Below, piece by piece: positions 1 through 11,190 of a stretch of 50,000 bases of DNA. The DNA is from Chiloscyllium plagiosum. Its lineage: Eukaryota. The stretch lies in contig NW_025214737.1 in the NCBI RefSeq assembly GCF_004010195.1, forward strand, positions 1 through 50,000, written 5' to 3'. The notes beneath the pieces were generated by a model that worked only from the letters and a program-made list of their open reading frames with translations, searched no databases and was not told the DNA's origin. Each line of letters starts with the position of its first letter. Position 1 is the first letter of the stretch. Position numbers and translations under genes: made by a program.

Positions 1-81
1 AAGAAAGACAAGAAAATTAAGGAGGTTAAAATATTGTTACGTGAACAAAGCTTTTTTTTTTAATGGTAGACAGTGCTTTGC

Positions 82-141
82 ATGTTGTGAATGGTTGTGT
101 TGATATACTTTCTTCTGATGTTGAAGGGAATGATGACCTAA
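82..141 (-). CDS. Candidate 60-nt Ser/Thr-rich exon (xRSSFPSTSEESISTQPFTT) with non-canonical GC donor
   Basis: cactgacag|TT AGG TCA TCA...ACA ACA T|gcaaag; open, phase 1-1; paralog of 1204-1263. Confidence 0.5.
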
Positions 142-489
142 CTGTCAGTGATAAAATTGTAATCAGAGAAGAAAGCAATCGTTCAGTTGCATAGTCAGAT
201 CAAATAATGAAGATCCGTTCAAAGCGTTAAATAAAAAGATGATCAACATAAAGATATTTCATCTACACATATTATGCAGTGATCTCAACACCGAAGTTTG
301 CACACTGTCTTTTATAAATAGTTACAAGGCCTTTTTTTCAACAAACATGTTCATTTTACCATTACAGAGTATGTAAAATTGTTTGTTTCAAATTCAGTTT
401 TCGGGTTCTCAACTTTGAAGATCACTGTGTATGAATTCTGATTTATGACAGGATATACTGTGAGGATTTGTAATTTATTCAGTTCAAAC

Positions 490-695
490 TGTTGGCTCGA
501 TGGCTAGTTTGCCATCCGAACTGACTCCAAAAGCCCGAGTTCAACTCCCAGACCGGCTGTATTTCCTATGAAGATCCTTCCTTCTTATTCTCTCCCCTCA
601 CTTGAGCTATAGTGAAACTCAGATGCAGCTCACTGACATTTGTCTATCTCTACTGTGTGTACAGCACTGTAGTCTGCTTTTCATGTGGTAACTTA
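490..695 (+). mobile_element. Old tRNA-derived SINE remnant (copy 1, inside duplicated unit)
   Basis: A/B-box-like head (ttggctcgatgg...gagttcaactccc) followed by a body shared with 1568-1750. Confidence 0.55.
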
Positions 696-733
696 TTTCA
701 ATTATTTCATGGCTAGATTGCAATTAAATATAC

Positions 734-823
734 CTGATATTTCAGATGGTGTAGAGGTAATCTCAGACGTGGTTGTGTTTGGGGAAGTGCTTCCTATCGA
801 GGTCCCTGAAGTTGTCTGATGGT
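734..823 (-). CDS. Ser/Thr/Pro-rich mucin-like exon (xHQTTSGTSIGSTSPNTTTSEITSTPSEIS)
   Basis: tattttattcttag|AC CAT CAG...ATA TCA G|gtatat; 90 nt, open, phase 1-1, good polypyrimidine tract, sequon NTT. Confidence 0.75.
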
Positions 824-1203
824 CTAAGAATAAAATATCAATGAAAACATGTAAAACTCAATTTTTTTAATACATTGAGCAAAATTAAAGAAAAAAATTC
901 ACGGAATTGAAATAAAACTGATCCATTACTGTAATCCTGCCAATAAAAGATGCCAAGAAGCATTTAATGTGAGTGAGATGGTTTCACATGAAAAGATCCT
1001 CCATGATAGGTAAAGTTCCACATGAATTTTCATAAATTTCAGGCATTTTCTGAGATTAACCTGTTATGAGATTTGTTTTATTAAAAAGGGCAAGAATATA
1101 AAGGAGGATAAAATATTGTCTGTGTGAGAAAAACTGGTTTTTAGTAGATAGAAGATCTACTAAATATTTTACGTTAATAGAAGACGTGATGGTTGTGCAT
1201 TGC

Positions 1204-1263
1204 AAGTTGTGAATGGTTCTGTTGATGTACTTTCCTCTGATGTTGAAAGGGATGATGACGTAA
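1204..1263 (-). CDS. Candidate 60-nt Ser/Thr-rich exon (xTSSSLSTSEESTSTEPFTT) with non-canonical GC donor
   Basis: catcaacag|TT ACG TCA TCA...ACA ACT T|gcaatg; open, phase 1-1; same length and frame as the paralog at 82-141; donor is GC rather than GT. Confidence 0.5.
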
Positions 1264-1567
1264 CTGTTGATGTTAAAATTGTAATTCGAGAAGGGAAGCC
1301 ATTATTCAGTTGCATAAACAGATCAAAGTGTTAAATAAATGAATGATCAACAAAATATTTAATCAATATATATTATGCACATGATCTCAACACTAAAGTG
1401 TACACAACACCTTTTAAGAATAGCTACCAAGCTTCTTTTCAAAAATATGCTCATTTTGCCATTGTAGAGTATAGCAAATTGTTCTTATAACCACTTTGAA
1501 AATCATTGTTTGTTTTTTGATTTATGGCAGAAGATACCATGAAGATTTGTAATTTAATCAGTCCATA

Positions 1568-1750
1568 TTGTTGGCTCAATGACTCCAACTGACTGGATTC
1601 AATTCTCAGACCAACTAGTTTCCTGTAAAGGTCCCACCTTCTTAAACTCTTTCCTCGCCTGAGGGACGGTTATTGTCAGATGAAGCTCGCCAACATAACT
1701 ATCTCTAATGGGTAGTCAGCACTATGGTCTGCAGGAAGTATAATAATTTC
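1568..1750 (+). mobile_element. Old tRNA-derived SINE remnant (copy 2, inside duplicated unit)
   Basis: ttggctcaatg...ggattcaattctc...cccaccttctt...ctcgcctgagg...cagcactatggtctg; same position in the unit as 490-695. Confidence 0.55.
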
Positions 1751-1781
1751 AACTCTACTGTTTGATGGCTAGATCGCAAAC

Positions 1782-1880
1782 CTGTTGTTTTTGGTGTTTT
1801 AGATGCAGCAGAAGTATTCTCATGAGTGGTAGCTTCTGTGGAATTGCTTCTTTTGGAAATCTCAAATGATGTCACATATT
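1782..1880 (-). CDS. Ser/Thr-rich mucin-like exon (xYVTSFEISKRSNSTEATTHENTSAASKTPKTT)
   Basis: ttcatag|AA TAT GTG...ACA ACA G|gtttgc; 99 nt, open, phase 1-1, sequons NST and NTS; lies inside supplied ORF 1705..1890. Confidence 0.7.
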
Positions 1881-2243
1881 CTATGAACATGTGAGTTGGA
1901 ATCGGTTTTTAATCATCTGTCTTTTCCTGGATCACAACAGAGTTTAGTTGAACCAGAACTCTCTAAATTTAAAGGGCTTCTTCCATGTTCAACAGAATTG
2001 CCAATCAGAAGTTTCATTTGCCCTGGCAGTTCCCACAGAACCTATTGAGTAAAGCATTTTATAAAGTCATAATGTGCAGTTTCAATTCATGCTCCTCCAA
2101 AGACTATTTGACCATTGAAATATCTGGACCGTTGATTCGAATATCGAGTTAGGACTTATCTGCTGCTTGTTTAAAGTATTATTTAGTATTATGAAGATTG
2201 AATCTTAACAATTATAAAGCATTGTAAATTCCAGTGGTTTTAC

Positions 2244-2285
2244 TTGTTGAGGATGACATGGTTTCATTCGTAGATAGTTCTGTTG
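2244..2285 (-). CDS. Candidate small Ser/Thr-rich exon (xTELSTNETMSSST)
   Basis: aacag|CA ACA GAA CTA TCT ACG AAT GAA ACC ATG TCA TCC TCA ACA A|gtaaaa; 42 nt, phase 1-1, N-glycosylation sequon NET. Flanks are homologous to the 60-nt exons at 1204-1263 and 82-141. The acceptor is ambiguous (alternative AG at 2296). Confidence 0.45.
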
Positions 2286-2324
2286 CTGTTGTTTCCTGAT
2301 GTTGATGATAAAAGTGTAATGAGT

Positions 2325-2790
2325 AAAAAAGTGTTATTACACATCTCTGAAGCAAATGGGACTTAAGCCAAGTTTTCCTAGCTCAGAGATAGGGACACTA
2401 CCATGATGCCACAACAGCCCTGCTGGGGTAAGTTCAATATTTTTCTAATCAACCTCTTCAGAGATCTTATTACATCCAACTGGAACAGATGGGACTTGAA
2501 TCTAGGTTTCCTGGCTCAATGATTGAGACACAAGAAGTCTGGGTCAAAAAGTGTGGTGCTGGAAAGTGCAGCAGGTCAGGCAGCATCCGAGGAACAGGAG
2601 AGTTGACGTTTTAGGCTTCATCAGGAATGTTGATTCTCCTGCACCTTTGGATGCTGCCTGACCTGTGCGCTTTTCTAGTGCCACACCAGTGCTCAGTTTT
2701 TCCTTGACACAAGAGCTCTGAGCCTGGATAATCAACTTGTTCAGAGATGTTATAATATTCTCCTATGGTTTTCGGCTGAACTGAATGAGA
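2325..2790 (-). mobile_element. Tandem copies (about 3) of a short tRNA-derived SINE, interrupted by a Penelope-derived palindrome
   Basis: Recurring atgggactt..a.c.a.gtttcct.gctca.a.at (2357, 2489) and taatcaac.t.ttcagagat.ttat (2447, 2729); minus strand gives a tRNA-like head. Confidence 0.55.
2543..2690. mobile_element. Penelope-derived inverted-repeat element (family P1), hammerhead cores decayed
   Basis: gtgtggtgctggaaag.gcagcaggtcaggcagcatcc...ggatgctgcctgacctg.gcgcttttctagtgccacac; same family as 18272-18459; remnant cctgatgaagcctaaaacgtc on the minus strand. Confidence 0.75.
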
Positions 2791-3641
2791 TGCTTATGTC
2801 TTCCGCCCATGGACCTTCCATGACAAGTGATGTGTGATGACAAGTGATGTGTGATACCAAGTTTCAACAAAGTTGAATATTTGTCAAAGTGGCCTGTTCT
2901 GAGTCTATGTTTGAAGAAAAAAATGGAATATGTTTGCGTAAGCTTTTTTTTTTGTTCAGTAATTAAATATTGATTGAAGAAATGACTGTGGGTGCTGCAA
3001 CAAGAACAATCACTTCTGTGGGTCCTGAGTTTCAATTAATTCTATGAGACAGGAAAACTAAGTTTGAAAATATCCAAGAGGTTCAAGCATGTTGATTGTG
3101 CCGTAGATGTACTTAGTATTGATAGCTGATTTGATATTATGGAAATAGAATTCAAAGAGTATACATAGACTGAATTTTGAAAACATAGATGGTATTCACA
3201 ATTTTTAAATATATTGAGCTAGAAATTCCAGTTTCTGGTGGAAGAGGTTCTACTTACAGTAACCCAAAAAATTATCCACTTATCTGTCAGTGACCTTTTT
3301 GGGCTAGATTCCAAGTCTTGCCTCTCCCAAATGGATTCATCAAAGTAAATCAGGGAGGAACCCACTTGTTACAGGAATAGCTTTGCATACCAAGACACAC
3401 ACCCTTTAGTGTCATTTGCTGTTGTTTTTGAAGCATTAATGGTCACAAAGACACTTTGGCAGTGATTGGGGGAGGTTATGTGTCTGAATTTAGTGAGGGG
3501 GGAGGGTGGAAAATAGGTGCACAGTGAGTTGCATAGCAGATGGTTAGGAATTTTACATGTTGCAGTTTTGGGAGGAGGGGACAAGGTCCAGATAGCCTTC
3601 ACACTGAGCTTCTGCTCATCTTTCTAGTGGGAGCATCGTGT

Positions 3642-3995
3642 CAGGGAGACAATGGTGTTATTGCTGGATTGTTAATCCAGAGACACAGGTAATGTTCTGG
3701 GGACCCGGGTTTGAATCCTGTCACAGCAGATGGTAGAATGAATTCAATGAAAACCTGGAATTAAGAGTCTAGAGATGACCATGAATCCATGGTCGATTGA
3801 GAGGGAAAAAAACCACGTGGTTTACAAATGTCCCTTGAGGAAGGAAACTGCTATCTTTACTTGGTCTGGCCTATACATGACTTCAGACCCACTGCAATGT
3901 GGTTGTCTCTTAACAGCCCTCTGGGCAATTAGAGGTGGGCAATAAATGCTGGCCTAGCCAGTGACCCTTGCATCATGTGGGGATATTAAAAAAGA
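3642..3995 (+). mobile_element. tRNA-derived SINE whose 3' tail matches the LINE at 26770-27420
   Basis: B-box gggtttgaatcc; ends gggcaattag...gggcaataaatgctggcctagccagtgac...A-rich. Same tail at 16265-16330 and 25938-26015, and reversed at 26775-26850. Confidence 0.75.
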
Positions 3996-4071
3996 AGGCC
4001 AGCCTTCCTGCCCTTGTCCAAATTAAGCTTGAAGGTTGCCCATTGTCAATCAGATTGTGTTATGATTGAAT

Positions 4072-4320
4072 GCCTACAGTGTGGAAACTGGCCCTTCAGC
4101 CCAACAAGTCAACACCAACCCTCCAAAGGTTAACCTACCCAGACTCATTCTTCTAACTAATGCACCGAACCTACACATCCCTAAACACTATGGGCAATTT
4201 AACATGGCCGATTCACCCTAACCTGCGCATCTTTGGACTGTGGGAGGAAATCCGCATAGACGCTGGAAGAATGTGCAAACTCCACGCAGACAGTCACCCG
4301 GTGCTAGCCACCATGTCACC
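4072..4320 (-). mobile_element. HE1-type SINE (partial)
   Basis: Reverse complement of the 13011-13327 copy, with internal deletions. Confidence 0.85.
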
Positions 4321-4464
4321 CCTGTAACCTGTTATTTTACTTGAAGCTAAAGTGGTTGAACCATTGTTTCAGTGGCTCATGGTTATGATTATGTCCTACC
4401 AGTTCTGTGCAATATTAATGAAATGAATAAACTGAAGTTTTGGGCAGACTAGAGGAAAAAGTTA

Positions 4465-4760
4465 TATAAAATTGCTCCATGGATGAGGAATTTCAATAAC
4501 ATGAACAGATTGGAGAAGCTGAGGTTTTTTTCTTAAATGTGTAAAGACTAAAAATAGACTTGCTAGAGGTTCTTAAATGATGGCATGTTTAAGTTCAATA
4601 AATACAGTAAAACTGTTTCCAAGGCTGAATGAAGTGAAGAATGCAGGATAAGGCTTTTGGTAAAAGAATCCAAAGCAACATTAGGAAAGTCTTTTTGATG
4701 CTTCAGCTCGTTGGGACACAAAATGCACTGACCCTCCAAAGAGTAACCTTAATGATTGAG
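4465..4760 (+). mobile_element. Old CR1 LINE 3' fragment
   Basis: Decayed 'Y..RLEKLGLFSL..RRL.GDL.EV.K' region, similar to 31615-31900. Confidence 0.55.
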
Positions 4761-7290
4761 AGGGTGCATACCAATTTAATAGTAAACATCAATAGGTAAA
4801 ATTGGGCAAATAAATTACAAGGTTATAGATTATATTAGACAAGTAGGACTGAAGAAATCATTATGACTTGAAATGTTCACTGTGTTTCTCTCTCCACAGG
4901 TGCTACCAGACCCGCTGAGTTTTTCCAGCTTTTTCTGTGTTTGAGCCAACTACATCCTGTGGCAAAGCTAATGGACTGTTAGCAGAAACATAATGTTTTA
5001 ACTAAATGTAAGTCAACATGAATACAAGTAATCCTCTTTATATTACGTCGTACTGCTGCTGTCAGCACTTATCCCACTGGACTGCTCTGGCCTGCAATGA
5101 TGCTGTATCACATCTATACTATGTTAATAAGGCCAGTAAATCAATTCATTGCTTTAACAATTTTTTGTGTGAAAAAGTGCTCCTAAACTCTATTCAACTC
5201 TCTTGGTCACAATTTTAAAGTTACAGCCCCTATTCTAAAATCACAGGGAATACGCTGGGAAATTTTAATTCTGTTCTGGTTAAAACAGGGCATGAACAGA
5301 ATTATCGTGTGAGCACAGCAAAGAAACCTGCAGAAAAGAAAGGCAATAATGTTGCTGTCTGACAGAAACTCACTTATATCAGAGTGTTGTGTTGCAGATG
5401 ATAAAAATAATTTGGTAGAGAGATTTATGAATAAACCAAAGGAGATGGAAGGATGTTATTCCAGGTAGAAGAGGCACTACAATCAGCAATTGAAATCATG
5501 AACAGGAAAGGAAAGGTAATAGCTGATTGTTGCTTTAGATATCAATGAGAAAATAGAAGACACAATATTAGAGGAAGACTGCATCTTGGTTTCTTGTGCA
5601 TTTAGTCTGATATCAGGATATCTGATCATGGCTTTACTAATGATTATGTCTTTACTGTTGAAATAATGGATATGTTGGAAATTGTATCATGAGAACTGCA
5701 ACTTTGGGTAGAACTTTGTTGGGGCATTGAGGGTCTCACTTGCTGGCTGCATAGAAGACTGGCAAGAGACACCCTGCCAGTTTTTGTGAAGGGCCCCAAA
5801 TCAGGCAGTGGTGAGCCAATGGTGGGCATTCCCCAGAATCAAGCTCTTGAGAGCTGCTGGTCAGTCACAGGTTGACAGCTTTTTTGCTCAGCAGCGCCTC
5901 CAGGGCAACAGCAAAAACACTCTTCCATGGTCTTAAGATTGCAGAATAACCCAGGCCACTAGTAAGTTATGTTGGAGGCTTGGTTTTGTAGGCTGGGATC
6001 AATGGACAGAGAGGTGCAAAAGATTTAGTTGGAAGAGTTGGCTTTCAACTTGTCCTGTTGTCAATGTCCAGTCCCTCAATAAGATGTAGAATGTTATTGA
6101 TTGAGAGTCACCATCTCTGGACCCTGGAGATAATGATCTGCCCACAGTTTTATCGAATATGCATTGATTATGGTGACAACTCCCCACATTGCCTTCCCCA
6201 ACCCCCGCCATGCACATCACATGGTAACAAACCTCCTCCTGCGTTAATACTAACAGGAATGGGAGATAGCCTTTCAGTGATCATTAATCGTTCAACCAAC
6301 ACTCGATTGGCAGTAGGTCAAGCAGTTCAAACATGGGATTTGCCTTTCAGAACTTAGTTCTGGAAAGGAGGTTGGCAAGGTTCAGGAACATATGAAATGG
6401 AAACAGAAGTAGATCATTGACCCTTCAAGCCTACTCCACTATTTAATAAGATCATGGTTGATCAGTTTGTGTTTTTAATTCTGCATACCAATTAAGGATG
6501 AGTCATTGAATTTGCAGAATGTCTCTTCACATTTTTATGACATCCTGTGACTCACTGCATTTGCCTTGAAACCTTTTGTTGCTCAAGTCCATTCTTTTGC
6601 ACATCATCCTGTTTCTTTATTAGATTTCACTGATTATAAATTCTTTTGACTGCTTGTACTTCTTTTGTCATCTCCCAGACTTATTGGGGCTACTCTCTTT
6701 ATATCAGAACATTAGCAGGGGCTTCTTTGCAGTTAGTCCTAATAAAGAAAAGGACCCAACAGCCAGGTCTCAGTAACATTTATCAGGTTTCACAGAGGTT
6801 TGATAAAAACATATGCAAGAAAAATAAAAGTGAAATAGCAAAATTTTCCAAAATTTGAATTGGAGGAAATGTTGCTAGACTGGTTTTTGCACCTATCCGT
6901 CTCTATTCACACACACAATGATGATCATGCCAGGTGAGTCAAAGTAATCATGCCTGCAGCATTTCACATATATTTTTGACTAACGAGGCATGTTGAAAGA
7001 AAACTCCAGCCAAAGGCCGGAAGGTAAGATTTAAAAGAAAGGAAAACAAAAGGATTTTTAAGAACTAATATTTCTGTGCAATGTTTTGGCCAATTTATCA
7101 GAATAACTATTATTTTCTTCTTATAGCACTTGCATTTAAAATAATAATGTTCAGGTAAAGCATGCATTTCTTAGCAGAAATTTTATACCAGCCCACCAAT
7201 ATATTAGCTACATGAACTATACATGATGAATGATCAGACCTATTATTCTATTCAGTGGTTGTACCTATACTGGGTAAGAATTTCAGAATT

Positions 7291-7578
7291 AGTGGAAGCA
7301 GGCCAATTGGTCCAACAAGTCCACACCGATCCTCTGAAGAGTAACCCACCCAGACCTATTCCCCCACCCTATATTTACTCCTGACTAACGCACCCAACCT
7401 ACACATCCCTGAAAACAATGGGCAATTTAGCACAGCCAATTTGCCTAACCTGCATATCTTTGGGTTGTGGGAGGAAACAGGAGCACCCGGAGGAAACTCA
7501 CGCAGGCACTGGGAGAATGTGCAAACTCCACGCAGACAAATGTCTGAGGCTGAAATCAAACCCAGGTCCCTGGCGCTA
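7291..7578 (-). mobile_element. HE1-type SINE
   Basis: gggcaatttagca...gtgggaggaaac.ggagcacccggaggaaac...gaatgtgcaaactccac. Confidence 0.9.
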
Positions 7579-8084
7579 TGAGATAATGTGCCTCCCCAAA
7601 TTAGGAAGCATAAGGAATCACCATCAATTAATCTTTGGGTGAATCTCATCACAAATTCCTTTCGCCTTAGTTTTGTTTTTTTCTAGCTTTGATATTTTTG
7701 CTAAGCCATCCAGACTTCAAGTTTTATTTCAGATCACCAAAGGATCGTGTTGTTAGAAAATTAGGCAAAAACAGAAAGCTAGAACACATGGGAAGCCTCC
7801 CTGTGCTGACTTTCTTAATCCAACATGATGCCTGATTGTAAACCCATGAGACATAGCACTGAAAGGGGTCCATTCAGTCCATTATGTTTGCTTGTTGACG
7901 TTCCTGTCTTATTCCCATCACCTTTGATTCCCTTAATGATTAGAAATCTGTCTATTCCAGCCTTGAATATACTAAATGACTCAGCCTTGGTTAAAATTAT
8001 AATTTCAGATTTTGTTTCCAATAAACTAATCTGGTTAAAACTGGCCTCCAGTTCCCCTTAAAACTGCCTACAACTTGAGGCCTG

Positions 8085-8615
8085 TGTGGCAGGAAGTGGT
8101 TGAGGCCAAACGCCAAATGTTTTCAAGAAGGAGACAAATGTAGTTATAGAGTCAGAGACGTATCGCACAGAAACAGACCCTTCAGTCCACCTCGTCCAGG
8201 CCAACCAGATTTCCTAATCTAATGTGATCCCATTTTCTAGCACCTGGCCCATATCCCTCTAAACCCTTCCTATTCATATACCCATCCATATACCTTTTAA
8301 ATGCTGTAATTGTATCAGACTCCACCACTTCCTCTGGCAGCTCATCCTATACACTTACCACTTGCTGCATGAAATATTTGCCCCTTCGGTCCCTTTTAAA
8401 CTTTACCCACTCACTCTAAACCTATGCCTTCTCGTTCTGGACCCCCCAGCCTTGTTTATTTACCCTCTCCATTCTTACAACTAAAGGGGTCAATGGGTAT
8501 GGAGCAAAAGTGGTGACAGGGTAATTAGTTAGATTATGACCTATGATCAGACTGAATCACAGAGAGGGTCAAAGGGCCAAACGCCTACTTCGACTTCATT
8601 TTCTAAGGTTCTATG
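8085..8615. mobile_element. Nested CR1 3' ends: minus-strand copy (about 8145-8475) inside an older plus-strand tail
   Basis: atagagtcagagac..cacagaaacagacccttc tail matches 9865-10200; flanks end in ttctaaggttctat. Confidence 0.7.
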
Positions 8616-9044
8616 ATTTTAGGTTATGGCTGCTATGATTTATCTGCCAACGTGCTTTTAATGCTCGGAAATACCTTTCTTTTTGCTACTTGTACTCTTC
8701 CACATTTGACTAAGGTCAAAAATGTCAACAATAACATTTTGACTGTTTGTATTACTTAATAATGTACTAAATATCTACTTAGTTCCTTTGTAAGGATGAG
8801 ATTTGTGCAGCCTCATCATTAGTACATACCTTTAAGCCAATATCTATAAGTTTTCTTGGCAGCATTTTCGAAGACCATAACCTCGATCACTGGGGGAGCT
8901 GGGGCAACAGACACCCAGAGCACCACTAGTTCCATATTCTTTTCATAGGCACATACTATCTCGATTTGCCAACATCCTGAAACTCCCTACCCAATAGCAT
9001 GTGAGTGTACTTATAGACAGTTCAAGGAGACAGCTCTGAATCCC

Positions 9045-9222
9045 TCCATTACAGAAACAGGCCACTCAGCCCCGATTGAATCCATATCAACCCTCCAACG
9101 AGCATCCCACCCAGAACCATCCCATCTTTGTAATCCTGCATTTTCCATGGCTAATCAACTCAACCTACACATCCCAGGATACTATGGGAAATTTAGCATG
9201 GCCAATCCACCTGACCTGGGCA
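9045..9222 (-). mobile_element. HE1-type SINE 3' fragment
   Basis: acctacacatccc.ggatactatggg.aatttagcatggccaatccacct. Confidence 0.75.
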
Positions 9223-9864
9223 TATTTACATTATTTTCACTATTTTTGCACAACCCTAGTACATAATTTGTGATGTAATTGAATTGCTGTATTAAAGTTG
9301 TACTTTGACATGGTATCACTTCCAGGATACATTACTACTATTATAATGCCCTTAACATTGAAATTGGACAGTTAATTGCATAACAACATATAAAATGCTC
9401 ATGAGTGATTGCTGGACAATCACTCACCCCATCCATCCTAAAGATCTCAACCTCCAACTTCATCGATCACCAACCCTAAACAATCGCCTCTACAGTCACT
9501 TCAAGATCCACTAACAGGTTGATTCACTGGCATGTTAGGCTCCACAGGAATGATCCTATCCTTACTCTATATTTTCTCTCATGTTTCTAATTTCACACAC
9601 AAGTCTTTTAATAACCTTAGCCAGTTTAATATGTTCTCATTTTCTGGTCTTAATTGTCTTCTCGACCTAACTGTCCAAACATCCCCATTCTCTGCACTTC
9701 AAGAATGGCTTCAGGACTTTCCTTTTCTCTCTTGAGCAATCTGCAACGATTCTACATTCATTCTCAGCCTAGATGGACATATTCTTACATGTAACAAATT
9801 CTCCTTTAACTCAACTCACTCTTTCTAAATATAAGTTGTTGCCAAGGAAAGCAATAATGCTCAC

Positions 9865-10825
9865 AGTCATAGAGTCTTAGGGATATACAGCATGGAAACA
9901 GACCCTTTGGTCCGACTTGTCCATGCTAACCAGATATCCTAAGTAAATCTAGTCCCCATTTGCTAGCATTTGGCCAATATCCCTCTAAACTCTTCCTATT
10001 CATGTACCCATCCAGATGCCCTCTAAATATGGAAATTGTGCCAGTCTCCACCACTTCCTCTGGCAGCTTGTTCCAAAAGCACGACCCTCTGCATGAAAAA
10101 GTTACCCTTTGAGTCCCTTTTAAATTTTTCGACTCTCACCTTAAACCTATGCCCTCTATTTTTGGACTTCCCAATCCTGGAGAAAAGGTCTTGTCTATTT
10201 ACCCTATTCAAGCCCCTCATGATTTTATAAATGCCTATAAGGTCACCCCTCAGCCTTCAGTGCTCCAGGGAAAATAGATCCAGTCTATTCAGCCTCTCCC
10301 TGTAGCTGAAACCCTCCAACACTGGCAACATCCTTGTAAATCTTTTCCAAACCCTTTTAAGTTTCACAACATCTTTCCTATAGCAGGGAGACCAGAATTG
10401 CACACAGTACTCCAAAAGTAGCCTACCCAATGTCCTGTACAGCTGCAAGATGACCTCCCAACTCCTGTACTCAATGCACTGACCAATAAAGGCAAGCAAC
10501 CAAATGCCTTCTTCATTATCCTATCTACCTGCAACTCCATTTTCAAGGAACTAATATCTTGCATTCTAAGGTTTTGTTGTTCAGCAACACTCCCCAGGAC
10601 CTTACCATTAAGTGGATAAGTCCTGCCCTGATTTGCCTTTCCAAAATACAGCACCTCACATTTATCTAAATTAAACTAAACCTGTCACTCCTCGGCCCAT
10701 TGATCCATCTAATCAAGATCCCATTGTACTTCCAGGTAACCTTCTTCATTGTCCACTACACCTCCAATTTTGATGTCACCTGCAAACTTACTAACCTTGG
10801 CTCCTATGTTCACATCCACATCACT
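9865..10825 (-). mobile_element. CR1/HER1-type LINE, RT C-terminus and 3' UTR, frameshifted
   Basis: ORF pieces SKFAGDIKIGGVVD (xADD motif), LEYCVQFWSPCYRKD, RGHRFKVR; tail (catagagt)n. Confidence 0.9.
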
Positions 10826-10969
10826 TACAGGTACCTGCCTTTTCATGGAAAATGTAAGACATGCTTTACATAGTTTGGTTGTAGGCACGAGTCTGACTTG
10901 CAGGTCCATGGATCATTAACTTGCACTTCCACCTTTCAAACATGCCTGATAATGTGTCTTACTTCCAGT

Positions 10970-11190
10970 TGTAGAGTCATAGAATCATATTGCACAGAAA
11001 CAGGCCCTTCAGCCCAAACTGTCCATGCTGACCAGGTTTCCTAAACTGAACTAATCCCATTTGCATGCATTTGGCTCATATCTCTCTACACCTTTCCTTC
11101 CAATGTACCTGTCCAAAAATCTATTAAACATTGTAATTATATCCACCTCTACCACTTTGTCTGGCAGCAAGTACCATCTCATCACCACCC
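10970..11190 (-). mobile_element. CR1 3' end fragment
   Basis: gtagagtcatagaatcat...cagaaacaggcccttc tail. Confidence 0.75.

Larger units (their letters stand above)
70..1880. repeat. Diverged tandem duplication, period about 1.1 kb (about 70-830 vs about 1195-1880), partial third copy near 2235-2330
   Basis: Colinear similarity by eye, e.g. gttgtgaatggtt / ctgatgttgaa / aaaattgtaat / ttcagttgcata / tattatgca..tgatctcaacac / tcattttaccatt / gatttgtaattta / atggctagat occur in both copies in the same order. Confidence 0.85.

Noticed and set aside
2820..2853. 17-bp tandem duplication atgacaagtgatgtgtg x2
   Set aside because: Ordinary slippage duplication; no sign of function.
3113..3169. Phase 1-1 open segment (YVYSLNSISIISNQLSIL) on the minus strand
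   Set aside because: Weak donor (A|gtacat) and hydrophobic composition unlike the other exons; likely chance.
5644..5829. Ser-rich minus-strand ORF as an extra mucin exon
   Set aside because: Available AG/GT sites give phase 2-0, not 1-1, and there is no good polypyrimidine tract.
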